Source: Planctomycetota bacterium (GTDB lineage Bacteria > Planctomycetota > UBA1135 > UBA2386). From it: a stretch of 64,000 nt of DNA. The position numbers and the translations under genes are program-made. Of the stretch, positions 19,179 to 30,000 are shown piece by piece (within the stretch, counting starts at the first letter, position 1; every line of letters starts with the position of its first letter). The notes below the pieces were generated by a model. It worked only from the letters and a program-made list of their open reading frames with translations, was not told the DNA's origin and made no database searches. The stretch spans positions 6,848,001-6,912,000 of the forward strand of contig OZ245006.1 in NCBI GenBank assembly GCA_965223545.1. Direction: 5' to 3'.

Positions 19179-19718
19179 TCAGCGCCGGCGCTGGCTGCGC
19201 TCGCGCCGAATCCAGCGCCACCATACGAAGCGAGCCAGGATCCACGCGGCACCGAGCAGCAATCCGAGCGTCCACTTGTAGAGCAGGATCAGCACGCTCG
19301 ACAGCGCTGTCGACTGCGGCGCCGCAAACGCGGGCCGCCAACGCACGCGCCGCAGCCGTAGCAGTCCCATGCCACGGAGTGGCATCGGTTGCCCTCCGGC
19401 GTCGACCGCGATCAAGTGGCGGGCGCCGCTGAGCAGGGCAACGACCTTCATCCGGTCGTAGCAGTTTGCGCCGGTCCACGCGACGTAGGCGACGGCGAAG
19501 CGCTCGGCGCGGATCGCGCGGAGGAAGGCCAACCTCGAGCCACGAGGTTTGTCGTCGACGGCGCGCACGTGGTCGAGTGCGTCGCCGAGTTGCGCGCGGT
19601 CGGTGGCGCGGTAGTAGGCGACCAGCTCGGCGTCCGGGTGCGCAACGCGCGCGCGTTCGATCAAGCCCCGCGCCTGTTCTGTCGGCGCCGTCAAGAACAC
19701 GCCGCAACGCTCACCCAT
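19179..19718 (-). CDS. Hypothetical protein with C-terminal hydrophobic segment, coupled to the glycosyltransferase
   Basis: Start overlaps the glycosyltransferase stop (ATGGGTGA). Confidence 0.55.
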   Translation of the reverse strand: MGERCGVFLTAPTEQARGLIERARVAHPDAELVAYYRATDRAQLGDALDHVRAVDDKPRGSRLAFLRAIRAERFAVAYVAWTGANCYDRMKVVALLSGARHLIAVDAGGQPMPLRGMGLLRLRRVRWRPAFAAPQSTALSSVLILLYKWTLGLLLGAAWILARFVWWRWIRRERSQRRR

Positions 19719-21873
19719 GTGTGTGCGTGCCTCCCGCATCTGCGCGGTGTGTCAGCGCCGCGCGGTAGACGTCCTCGTAGGCGTTGGCCGCTTGCTCCGG
19801 TGAGAACTCTTCGACCACGAGCCGGCGGCCCGCGGCGCCGAGGCGGCGTCGGTAGGCGGGGTCTCGCAGGCAGCGGAGGATGCCCTCGGCGAACGCGGTG
19901 GCGTCGTCCGCGAGCACGGCGTGCACACCATCGCGGGCGGGGATTCCCTCGAGGCCGCGGCGCGTCGCGACCACGGGGCGCGCCGCGGACCACGCCTCCA
20001 GTACTTTGCCGCGCAGGCCGCCGCCCATCCGAATCGGCACGGCGACCACGGTGGATGCATGCAGGACGGCGTTCATGTCCGGTACGAAGCCGGTGACCTC
20101 GACGCCTGGGTCCGTCGCGAGGTGGGCGACGTGGCCGGCCGGGTCGTGGCCGACGATCGACAGCACCACATCCGGCGCCGCCGCGCGCACGGCCGGAAAC
20201 ACCTCGCGCGCTAGCCAGGCCGCGGCGTCCACGTTGGGCTCGTGCAAGAAGTAGCCGACGAACGTGATGCGCGGGGCTTCGGGCTCGTGTGGCGGCGGTG
20301 TCAGCCGGTCCGCGTCGATGCCGCTCGGGATGGTGTCGACGGGCAGGTCCGGTAGGTAGGTGCGCAGCTCGCGCTCGTCATCGCTGGAGAGTGTCACGAC
20401 GCGCGTGAACGCGGCCGTGTACTGCAGATCGTAGTCGAGCGCCTGCGCCCACTCGAACAGCCGCAGCGGCAGCTCGCGCAGGCGCGCCCGCTCGCAGCGG
20501 CGTTGCGCGAACAGTCCCTCCGGCTCGCTCACGGTGTACACGGACGCGAGCCCCGCGACCTCGTCCTGCACCAAGTGAGCCATTTCGCCGAACTCGACCT
20601 GGACGACGTCGAAGTCGGTGGCGGCGATCACCGCGCACACCGCCGCGCGCATGGCGCGGTGCGTGTAGTCGCGCGCGAGCCTCGCCGGGATCCGGTGGTG
20701 CAGGTTGGTGGTCTCGTGGTTCTGTGCACGCACGTGTGTGTAGACGGCCTTGCAGAACGCGCGCAACGATGCCGCCTGCGCTTCTTCGCCGGCGTCGTCG
20801 AGGAACGCGAAAAGAGTCACTTCGTGGCGTCGCGCGAGTTCGTGCAGCAGGTTCCAGTGGACCCACGAGCCGTCGGTGTCGTGCCGCGGCAACCGCGCGG
20901 CCAGGACCAGCAGGCGCAGCCGCGGCAGCGGTCGTCCCGGCAGGAGCGGCGGTAGTGCCGGCCGTGGGGCGCGGGAGGCTTGACGAGTGACCCACGCATG
21001 CGAGTGCGTCGCGTCGCGGCGCGCGGCTGCGCGGCGGGTCAGGACGCGTGGCAGGCACAAGAGGGCGCGGCCGAGCCCGGCCAGCTCATCGCGCAGCGGG
21101 CTACGATCCCAGCGCTCTTCACGGCGCGCGGCCGCCACGACCTGCAGTGGCAGCCGCGCGCAGTGCGCGGCTGTCGAACCCGCTTCGGTCGGGTGGATCC
21201 AGGTGAAGGTGTAGTGGTCGCGGGCGTTGGCGCCGGTCCGAGAGTCGCGCGTCGGGTGCGCTGCCGCCACGCGCCAGCCACGCCGCCGTGCGCGGTAGAA
21301 GACGTCGGCGCAGGACGTCGCGACCTCCGCGTAGATGGCGTCGAAGCCGCCGAGCTGGTCGAGCTTGCGGCGGTCGAGGGCCATTGGCTCGCTCTCGGTG
21401 CTTGCTGTCGGCGCGTGCGCGGCAAAGACCGAGGGGTCATCGAAGGCGCGCAACGTTTGGGCGAGCGCGGCTTGGTCGGGGGCCGCGTTCGCCGCGACCA
21501 GCAGCAGCACGTCGTGCCGCGCGGCGCTGACCGCCGCGCGCAGACCGGCGTTGCCGGGCGCCGCGACCAGGAACTCGGTCGCGATCTGTGCGCGGCCCGC
21601 CGCGGCGGTCACCTGCTCGCGCAGGCGTGGGGCTGGCGCGCCCGTCGCGGCGCCGAAGACGACCACCGAGACGCTGCCGCGGTCGGGGCTGGTGTCGATT
21701 GCGCTGATTCGGCGACGGCCGCGCAGGCACGCGACGAGGTCCGCCGTCGCCAACGCGCAACCGAGAAGCGCCGTCACCGGGATCAGTGCGAGCACGACCA
21801 CCGCCTCGATGAGGGCGTTGCAGAGCGCCCACACGGGCAAGAGCAAGAGGATGACGACTCCGGTGTGACGCAC
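19711..21873 (-). CDS. Glycosyltransferase (degenerate GT2-like N-part plus GT4 C-part)
   Basis: LGGFDAIY in the N-part; FVGYFLHEPNVDA, VTGFVPD and PIRMGGGLRGKVLEA (GT4). Confidence 0.85.
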   Translation of the reverse strand: MRHTGVVILLLLPVWALCNALIEAVVVLALIPVTALLGCALATADLVACLRGRRRISAIDTSPDRGSVSVVVFGAATGAPAPRLREQVTAAAGRAQIATEFLVAAPGNAGLRAAVSAARHDVLLLVAANAAPDQAALAQTLRAFDDPSVFAAHAPTASTESEPMALDRRKLDQLGGFDAIYAEVATSCADVFYRARRRGWRVAAAHPTRDSRTGANARDHYTFTWIHPTEAGSTAAHCARLPLQVVAAARREERWDRSPLRDELAGLGRALLCLPRVLTRRAAARRDATHSHAWVTRQASRAPRPALPPLLPGRPLPRLRLLVLAARLPRHDTDGSWVHWNLLHELARRHEVTLFAFLDDAGEEAQAASLRAFCKAVYTHVRAQNHETTNLHHRIPARLARDYTHRAMRAAVCAVIAATDFDVVQVEFGEMAHLVQDEVAGLASVYTVSEPEGLFAQRRCERARLRELPLRLFEWAQALDYDLQYTAAFTRVVTLSSDDERELRTYLPDLPVDTIPSGIDADRLTPPPHEPEAPRITFVGYFLHEPNVDAAAWLAREVFPAVRAAAPDVVLSIVGHDPAGHVAHLATDPGVEVTGFVPDMNAVLHASTVVAVPIRMGGGLRGKVLEAWSAARPVVATRRGLEGIPARDGVHAVLADDATAFAEGILRCLRDPAYRRRLGAAGRRLVVEEFSPEQAANAYEDVYRAALTHRADAGGTHTHG

Positions 21874-21945
21874 GGTTGCAGCGCGGTGCTGCCCTTCTCC
21901 TACAGGCCCGCCGACGTGTTACGGTAGTTACAACTCTACGCGCGA

Positions 21946-23112
21946 ATGACCAATCCGGCCATATCCTCGTTCGACGGCGCAGCCCCGCGCCCGCGGCTGC
22001 AAGCCTCTCGGCCGACCATGCTCGGGCGAGAACACGAGTACGTGGCGGATGCGCTGGAGAGCGGCTGGGTCTCCGGGGCGGGTCCCTACGTCGATCGGTT
22101 CGAGCGCGATGTCGCAGCGTTCCTCGGTCTCGACGGTGGCGTCGCTGTGTCGAGCGGCACCGCGGCGCTGCACCTCGCGCTGGCCGCGGCCGGTTGTGGA
22201 CCCGGCGACGAGGTGATCGTGCCGGCGCTCACCTTCGTCGCGTGCGCCAACGCGGTGCGCTACTGCGGCGCGCGGCCGGTCTTCGCCGACAGCGACCCTG
22301 CGACCTGGAACGTGACGCGCGACAGCCTCGAGCGCGTCTGGACCGATCGATGCCGCGGCGTGCTGCTCGTGCACTTCCTGGGCCGTCCGGCACCCGCCCC
22401 GGACGTCGTCGCGCTGTGCCGCGAACGCGGCGCCTGGTTGGTCGAGGACTGCGCGCAGAGTTTCGGCGCGACGCTCGGCGGTCGCCACACCGGCAGCTTC
22501 GGCGACTTCGCTGCGTTCAGCTTCTACGGCAACAAGACGATCACCACCGGCGAGGGCGGCATGGTGTTCGCGCGCGACCCAGAGCGTCGCGGCTTGCTGC
22601 GGTCGCTGCGCGCGCACGGCATCGAGCCGGAGCACGAGCACTGGCATGCGGAGCTCGGTTTCAGCTACCGCATGCCGAACACCGCGGCGGCGATCGGCTG
22701 TGGACAGATCGAGCAGGCGGCGCTGCACGTCGAGGCCCGGCGGCGCGTCAACGCGCGCTACCGGCACAACCTGGCGCCGCTGGCCGCGGACGGTCTCGTC
22801 GACTTGCCGGCCGAGGCCGCCGGCGAGCGTGCCGTTGGTTGGTACGCGGCGTTGGTGCTGCGGCGCGGCGGCGGCGCGGTCCGGCGTCGCATCCGCGACG
22901 CGGCCCTGCACCAGCACGGCATCCAGACGCGGCCTTTCTTCGCGCCGTTGCACCAGCTGCCGGTCCACGCCCGCGCGGTGTCGCTGCCGGTGGCCGAGCA
23001 CCTCGGCGCGCACGGCATCATGCTGCCGACCTACACCGACCTCGCTGACGCCGAGATCGATGACGTCTGCCGCGTGTTGGACTCCTTGGTCCGAGCCGAG
23101 CTGCGAGGGTGA
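21946..23112 (+). CDS. DegT/DnrJ/EryC1/StrS sugar aminotransferase (perosamine synthase-like)
   Basis: SSGTAALHLAL, GDEVIVPALTF, EDCAQS and FSFYGNKTITTGEGGM. Confidence 0.95.
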   Translation: MTNPAISSFDGAAPRPRLQASRPTMLGREHEYVADALESGWVSGAGPYVDRFERDVAAFLGLDGGVAVSSGTAALHLALAAAGCGPGDEVIVPALTFVACANAVRYCGARPVFADSDPATWNVTRDSLERVWTDRCRGVLLVHFLGRPAPAPDVVALCRERGAWLVEDCAQSFGATLGGRHTGSFGDFAAFSFYGNKTITTGEGGMVFARDPERRGLLRSLRAHGIEPEHEHWHAELGFSYRMPNTAAAIGCGQIEQAALHVEARRRVNARYRHNLAPLAADGLVDLPAEAAGERAVGWYAALVLRRGGGAVRRRIRDAALHQHGIQTRPFFAPLHQLPVHARAVSLPVAEHLGAHGIMLPTYTDLADAEIDDVCRVLDSLVRAELRG

Positions 23113-24266
23113 CCGAGTCGGCCTCGATCGCACGGCTGCGTGCGCAGCTCGCCGCTGAGGACGGGCCGGTGGTATGCGAGCTCGCGCCGGGTGTTCACGT
23201 CTTGGACCGGGCGCTTCTGGTCGGGCGGTCGGGCGTCGAGCTGCGCGGCCACCCGACGGAACCTACGGTGTTGTGCCGCGCGCCAGGGTTCATCGGATCG
23301 CTGGTGGCTTGCAGGGGGTGCGCCGACGTATCCGTGCGCGACCTGAGTATTGACGGCCGCGCGCGCGGTGCCGCGGAGGCGCGGCCCTTCCACCCGGACG
23401 TTTCGATTTCGGCGGCGGAGCGCGTCACGCTGCGGCGGGTCCACTGCAGCGACGCGGTCAGGTGCGCGGTCGGCATTGGGCGTTCGACGCGCGGAGCGTT
23501 GCTCGAGGATGTTCGCGTGGTGGCTGCCGGCGAGTACGGGGTGTGGATGGGGGCGGCGTTCGCGGCGCAGCTGCCGTTGCCGCTGCCCGCAAAGGACGCG
23601 CGGTTGCTACCGACGGACGTGCGGCTGACCGGGTGTGAACTCCGCGACTGCGGCGCGTCCGGCGTCTACGTCGAGGCGCGGGACGTGGTGTTGGTGGATT
23701 GTCGTTTGGTCGGCAACCACGCTCGATTCCCGTTCGGCGTCGACGGCGGCCAGGTCGAGATCGACTACCGCGCCCACGGCGTCGAGCTGCTGCGCTGCGC
23801 GGTCCTCGACGGTCCCGCCCTGACGCGGGATGGCAAGGACCTGCGCGCGGTCGGCCTCGAGATCTACGGCAGCGGCGTCGTGCTGCGCGAGACCACCGTC
23901 GAGGGCAACGCGCACGAGGGGCTGTTCTTGAACGGCGCCCGCGACGTCGTAGTCGAGGCGTCGAGCCGCATCGCCGGCAACCAGACCGCGCGCGCGAAGC
24001 CGCGGCCCGACGTCGCGATCACGACCACGCCGGAGCTCGCCGCGCGCAACGCGGTGGCGCGCGACATCACTTTCGACGGGGTGACCCTCGATCGCGGCGT
24101 GCTGGTGTGGACGACCGGTTCCGCGGCGCCGCTGCTCGATCGGCTGCGCGTCCGGGGGTGCAGGTTGCTGCACACGCGCGAACCGGTCGTCGTGGCCGCG
24201 GCGGAGGATGGTGCGACGCTGCGCGGTGCGCAGTGGCGCATTCGCGGCAACCGCGCGGTGTCGTGA
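23109..24266 (+). CDS. Right-handed parallel beta-helix protein
   Basis: ELAPGVH, LSIDG and repeated G(V/L)x(V/L) beta-helix rungs; GTGA overlap with the upstream gene. Confidence 0.7.
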   Translation: MTESASIARLRAQLAAEDGPVVCELAPGVHVLDRALLVGRSGVELRGHPTEPTVLCRAPGFIGSLVACRGCADVSVRDLSIDGRARGAAEARPFHPDVSISAAERVTLRRVHCSDAVRCAVGIGRSTRGALLEDVRVVAAGEYGVWMGAAFAAQLPLPLPAKDARLLPTDVRLTGCELRDCGASGVYVEARDVVLVDCRLVGNHARFPFGVDGGQVEIDYRAHGVELLRCAVLDGPALTRDGKDLRAVGLEIYGSGVVLRETTVEGNAHEGLFLNGARDVVVEASSRIAGNQTARAKPRPDVAITTTPELAARNAVARDITFDGVTLDRGVLVWTTGSAAPLLDRLRVRGCRLLHTREPVVVAAAEDGATLRGAQWRIRGNRAVS

Positions 24267-24339
24267 GGGGCAGCGTGGCCCACGCAGGGCGCTGTGCAGC
24301 TCGAGGCGACGCCGCCGCCATGGCAACGGCGCCGCGGCG

Positions 24340-24752
24340 CCGGAGGCTCAGCGCGGCCGAGGCCGCAACCAAACACGGAGCATTCCGCGACCCGAGCGTC
24401 GGTCGCGGGTCCGGCGGTCGCCGGCGGCCGCGCTGAGCCCAGAGGCCAGTGTTGTCTTCGAGCCTCCGGGAGCCGCGTTGTCCAAGTTCCAGCGGCATCG
24501 AGCCTTCCGAAAGGTTGTCGCCGCGCGAAGATTTGCGGACCCTGAGGCTCAGCGCGGCCGAGGCCGCAACCAGACACGGAGCATTCCGCGACCCGAGCGT
24601 CGGTCGCGGGTCCCGCGGTCGCCGGCGGCCGCGCTGAGCCCAGAGGCCAGTGTTGTCTTCGAGCCTCCGGGAGCTGCGTTGTCGAAGCTCCAGCGGCATC
24701 GAGCCTTCCGAAAGGTTGTCGCCGCGCGAAGATTTGCGGCCCCGGACGCTCA
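24340..24752 (+). repeat. 201-bp structured repeat, two tandem units
   Basis: GAGGCTCAGCGC at 24343 and 24544; near-identical units. Confidence 0.96.
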
Positions 24753-24939
24753 AGAGCCTCAGCACCTACCTATGGATCGAGAGCGAGCACGGCACCCAGC
24801 GGAGCTCGTCCGAGAAGGGGATGCGGCGCGTCACGCGATCGCGGAGCTGGTCGAAGCGATACGTCGCTACCGCTGGTAGCTGGTAGTGCCGTAGCCGTTC
24901 TTCGAACTCCGCCGCGGTCAGCCACTCGACGTCGCGGCC

Positions 24940-25235
24940 GGTCAAGAGCGCGTGTCACCTCGGCGGTGCGGATCGCCGCGTCGCGCTGGCCGCGCGGGAA
25001 CTGCGCCTCGGCCAGCGTCGCGAGCATTATCGGGCTGTCCTCGTTCGACAGCGCGACGGCCTGGCGCGCGCAGTTGATGGCCTGCTCGCGGTCGCTGTCG
25101 CTCAAACCCACATCCTCGGTGGTCGCGAGCCACCATGCACGCTGCTGCCAGGCAAACGGCTCGAGCGGGAACCGCTCGGTCACGGTGGCCAACATCGCCT
25201 TCGCCGCGTCGAGGTTGCCGTTCTTTGCGAGCGCG
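24940..25235 (-). pseudogene. TPR-protein fragment
   Basis: AWWLAT...AINCARQAVALS...LATLAEAQF resembles kinase-associated TPR tails; no credible start. Confidence 0.45.
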
Positions 25236-25388
25236 CCGGCGCCGCCCCTTCGAGTCGTCGCGTAGCATTCGGTGACATGCCTGACACGTCGACCAGCGGT
25301 CTGGGAACCGCGTACGGCGTCGCAAGTGCTTCCATCGCCGAAGCGTGAGGCACGCTCGGCATCTCGCGGCATTGCCTGACACCTCGAC

Positions 25389-25433
25389 TGGTATGCCCGA
25401 CAGGATTCGAACCTGTGACCTCCGGTTTAGGAA
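25389..25433 (-). repeat. Duplicated 3' half of tRNA-Arg(CCT) (att site)
   Basis: 44/45 identical to 33227-33271; ends in the anticodon loop. Confidence 0.92.
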
Positions 25434-25669
25434 CGCGACGTCGCGCGAACACAACCTCCCACGCCACAACGATGTGCAGCATGGTTGCCCGGAGGCTTGT
25501 CCTCCAGCTTGTTCATGCCCTAGGCACGTCAGGGCATTCGAGGACACCGCGGCAGATGACCGTGATGAGCTCGATCGTATCGCGCGGGCGTGGTCCAGTG
25601 TGCCTCGCGCGGTGCGGCACGCGATCGTGGAGCTGATCGAGGCGATGGCAGGGCGTTAGCCCTGGAAAG

Positions 25670-26140
25670 AATGCGTTCCAGCGTGGCCCCGCATCGGGGC
25701 TTTCTTCAGAGCGCTGCGCGCGCCGACCGCCTGGTGGTGCTCGATCGCTTCTGGACGGTGTTGTCGAGTGCTGCGTGGGAGGACGTGTGCCGCCGCCGGC
25801 TGCCGCGGCTCGGCGCGCGCTCCGCGCTGGCGCGGAGGGGCCGTGGGGCCCCGCGTCGCGTTGGTGGCACGGCAACCGGCCCGAGTGGGACGTGGTGAGC
25901 AGGTCGACCGCCGGCGGGCAGCTATTGCTCGGCGAGGTCAAGTGGAGCGGCCGGCCATGCAGCCGGTCCATGCTGGAGCGGGAGTGCCGCCGGCTCGCGA
26001 GCAGGGAGCTGCCGCAGGTTCCGCAAGACCTGGGCGGTGTCGAGATCGTGCGTGCCCTGTTCGTCCCGGCGCGCGCCAAGGGTGCCCGGTCGAAGTGCAA
26101 CGGTGTCCTCGTTGTGGATGCTGCCGCGGTCCTGCGTTGA
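25670..26140 (+). pseudogene. C-terminal fragment of an ATPase/DUF234-type (PD-(D/E)xK-like) protein
   Basis: AWEDVCR in one frame, then RWW..EWDVV...LLGEVKWS in another; N-terminus missing. Confidence 0.55.
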
Positions 26141-26213
26141 CGTGTATTGGCCGGCGTCGATCGCCTCGAACTCGAGCGACTGAGCGAGCGATCGCGGGTG
26201 AAAGCGAGCCTGA

Positions 26214-26891
26214 TCAGTCGGCAAGCAGCTCGAACAGCCGCCGGCACTCGTCGTCGAGCTCTTGCTCGGTCCGCACCGCGTGCCGGGCGACGACGGCGCG
26301 CAGGCACTGCCGGAACTCACTCCGGGCGCGCGAGTACTGCCGGTGGGTCGCGGCCGGGTCCATCGACCAACGCGCGGCGATCTCGTTGATCGGAAGGTCG
26401 CCGACGAAACGCAGCCGCAGCAGCTCGACCCGCAATCGCGCGCCGTCGTCGTCGGCCCGTTCTCGCATCAGGTCGCCCGCTTCGCGCATCAGCATCCGCG
26501 CCCACCCGCGGTCGAACGCTCTCGATGCGCGGTCGCCGTGGTCGGCCGTGTCCAAGGACCCGAGCTGCGTGTTCTCGACGGGACCGGAGCGCGCGCGCGC
26601 TTCCACGCGCAGGGCGACGTGCCGCACGACCCCGAACAGGAACCCGCGGAAATCACCCTTGTCGGCGTCGGCGCGCGACAACGAGCCGTTCTGGCGGAAG
26701 CACTCGACGAACACGTCCTGCACGGCGTCGTCGATCTGCTCGGCCAACGGAGTTCCGCGCCACCGCCCGGCGAGGAAGCTGCGTACGAGGGGCAGGTACG
26801 TGCGGCCGAACATCGACCGCGACGGCGCGTCGCCGGACGCCGCGCGCCGGATCAGGCTCCAGCTCGTCTCGCTCGGGCGGTCGTTCGACAT
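26214..26891 (-). CDS. ECF sigma-70 factor (kinase-associated type)
   Basis: ETSWSLIRRA, DDAVQDVF, KGDFRGFLFGV, FDRGWA and a region-4 HTH. Confidence 0.88.
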   Translation of the reverse strand: MSNDRPSETSWSLIRRAASGDAPSRSMFGRTYLPLVRSFLAGRWRGTPLAEQIDDAVQDVFVECFRQNGSLSRADADKGDFRGFLFGVVRHVALRVEARARSGPVENTQLGSLDTADHGDRASRAFDRGWARMLMREAGDLMRERADDDGARLRVELLRLRFVGDLPINEIAARWSMDPAATHRQYSRARSEFRQCLRAVVARHAVRTEQELDDECRRLFELLAD

Positions 26892-27022
26892 GGGCAGATC
26901 GTCATTGTCGCTGGGCTCGGCCGGGAGCCGCAAGGCGGGCGGCGCGAGCTCGCCGGCTGATTTTTCGAGAATCAGGCGAGAGGTTCGAGCCCTGGCCTGA
27001 AGAAGGAGAGAGGAGCCTCAGA

Positions 27023-30000
27023 ATGACCGACCCGAACGAAGAACCCCGCGACGACATGGCCGGCGGCCTGCGCGCCGCCTTCGGCGACGAGCCGGCGGCC
27101 GACCGGCCGAGCGTGCTGCGACTGCTGCAGGAGCGGTCGAACTCGAAGCTGGACCTGTACCTGCACGACGAGGGCGAAACCGAAGAGCACGCCGTGCCGG
27201 TCACGATCGACGACGAGAGCAAGGCGTTGCGAGATCCTACCGGCCGCTACCAGGTGCTCGGCGAGATCGGACGCGGCGGGGTCGGCGTCGTCTACAAGGG
27301 GCGCGACCAGGACCTCGGCCGCGACGTCGCGATGAAGCTCCTGCGGCCAGAGTACGCCAACCGGCCGGAGATCCTCGAGCGATTCGTCGAGGAGGCGCAG
27401 ATCGGCGGCCAGCTGCAGCACCCCGGCATCGTGCCGGTCTACGACCTCGGGCTGCAGCACGGCGAGCGGCCGTACTTCGCGATGAAGCTCGTCAAGGGCG
27501 AGACGCTCGACGCGATCCTGCAACGCCGTCAGGGTCCCGAGGAAGAGCGCCGGCGACTGCTCGGCATCTTCGAGCAGGTGTGCCAGACCGTCGCGTATGC
27601 GCACGCGCGCCGCGTCGTGCACCGCGACCTCAAGCCGCAGAACGTGATGGTGGGCAGCTTCGGCGAGGTGCAGATCGTCGACTGGGGCTTCGCCAAGGTC
27701 CTGCCCAAGAGCAGCAAGCCCGAGCACGAGCGATCCGCGGAACGCCTGTCGAGTGTCGCCAGCGTGATCTCGACCGTGCGTTCCGATCCGGACAAGGGTA
27801 CGCACTCGGTCGTCGGCTCGATGCTCGGCACGCCGGCCTACATGCCGCCGGAGCAGGCGATCGGCGACGTCGATCACATGGATCGGTGCAGCGACGTGTT
27901 CGGCCTCGGCGCGATCCTGTGCGAGATCCTCACGGGGTCGCCGCCGTACCTGAAGGCGGACGGGGACTTGATCCAGCAGGCGGCGCGCGCCGACCTCGAG
28001 GCGACCTACGAGCGAATCGACGCGAGCGGCGCCGATCCCGCGATCGCGCGCCTGTGCCGACAGTGCCTGTCGCCGGCGCGCCAGGCGCGGCCGGAATCGG
28101 CGAGACAGGTCGCCGAGGCCGTCGGTGAGTTCCTGTCGTCGGTCGAGGAGCGCGCGCGGCAAGCCCAGATCCACGCCGCCGAGGCGAAGGTGCGCGCCCG
28201 AGCCGCGGTGTGGTTGTCGGCAGCCGCGATCCTGGTGCTCGGACTCGGGTGCGGCGGCTGGTTCTACCTCGACGGTGAGGCGCGGGCGCAGAGCGAGCGC
28301 GCGGACCGGCGCGTGGCGTCGGTGATGGAGGATGCCGGCGTGCGGTTCGGAATGGCGCGCGCCGCGAGCGCCGTCGACCTGAGCCTGTGGACGCGCGCGC
28401 TCGACGCCGCGGACCGCGCGGTCGAGCTGGCGCAGGCCGACGAGGTGACGGCCAGCAAGCGGCAGGCCGCGGTCGAGCTGAGGCAGCGGATCGACGCCGG
28501 CCACGCCGAAGCCCGGGCCGAGGCGACTCGCCTGGCGAAGGCCGACCGGATCCGTGTCCGATTGCGCGAGGCGCGCGTGCCCGTCGACGACAACGTCAAG
28601 AGCAAGACCTATCGCGCCCGGGAGGCCAAGCGGCGTTGCGAGGCATACCGAGCTGCGTTCCGCGAGTACCTGGACGGCCGCGAGCTGCGGAAGATGACGG
28701 CTACCGCAGGTGCGGCCGCCCTCGCCGGCGACCTCGACGTCGAGATCGCCGCCGCTCTGGACGATTGGGTGGCGAGCCGTGTCTTTCTGGCCCGCAACTC
28801 GAAAACCGCCGAGCTCGACGCCAAGGTGACGGCCGTGCTGCGCGGCGTCGCGACGGCGCTCGATCCCGATCCGATGCGGAGTCGGGTGCGCTCGGCCGTT
28901 GCCGGGGACGCTCCCGACAAGAGCACGTTGCTCGAGATCTTCGCCCAGGCCGACCTCCAAGCTCTTCCGGTCGCGAGCCTGAGCCTGCTCGGCGGCGCCC
29001 TCGCCGACGTGCAGGCGGAGGACGAGGCGCGAACGGTCTACGAGGTGGCCGCCGAGCGCTTCCCCGGCGACTTCGGCAGCGCGTTCGAGCTGGCGTTCCT
29101 GCACGAGCGTGCCGAGGAGTGGCGCGAGGCCCTCGCGGGTTTCAAGGTCGCGGGAGCCGTGCACCCGGAGATGCTCGAGGTCTGGCATCGGGCCGGACAC
29201 GCAATGCACCAACTGGGACGGTACGAGGCCGCGGAGCGGGTCTTTCGGCGGCTCGTTCGCCAGGACGCGGACAACACCCACTGGCAGTATCACCTCGCTG
29301 CGACACTGACTCGTCTCGAGCAGTATCCCGAGGCCAGGTCGCTGTTGGAGCGGGCGGTCAGCCTCTCCCCCGACATCGCGGTCAATCACGACGAGCTCGC
29401 CAGGGTGCTGAGAGAGCTCGGCGAGCTCGAGCGGGCGGAACATCATCAGCGACGTGCCATCGATCTCGACCCGTCGCAGGCGCATCAGCACGTTGGGCTC
29501 GGTCTGGTCTTGCAGCAGCAGGGCAAGCTCGACGAAGCGCTGGCGGCCTACCAGAAGGCGTTGGAGGTCGACCCCGATTCGGTCTGGGCGTGGAGCAACT
29601 GGGGGAACATTCTGCAGGTTCGAGGCAAGCTCGAGCAAGCCGAGGAGAAGCAGCGACGCGCCCTCGCGATCGACCCTCGGTTCGGGATGGGTTACAACAA
29701 CCTCGGCGACATCCTGTTGGCGCAGGGAGAGGTCGACGAGGCCCTGGCTGCCTATCAGCGTGCCATCGACCTTGAGCCCGGCGAATCGCTGCCCTACACC
29801 GGGATGTCGCGGTGCCTCGCCCGACTCGGCCGGCGGCAGGAAGCCCTCGAAGTCGCGAAGAGGGCTCTGGCGCTCGATCCGGAGCTTCCGAACGCGCACA
29901 GTGAGCTCGGCAGTCGGTCGTTCGAGTCCGGGGAGTACGAGCAAGCGATCGCGAGCTACCGGCGTGCCATCCAGCTCGAGACTCGTCCGACGGAGCGGTG

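Noticed and set aside
24340..24752. Repeat as a CRISPR array or as protein-coding (67-aa repeat ORFs on both strands)
   Set aside because: No unique spacers or cas genes; the ORFs lack consistent starts and are explained by GC-rich palindromic DNA
25389..25433. Second tRNA-Arg gene
   Set aside because: Only the 3' half is present; the D-arm and 5' acceptor strand are missing, so it is an att remnant
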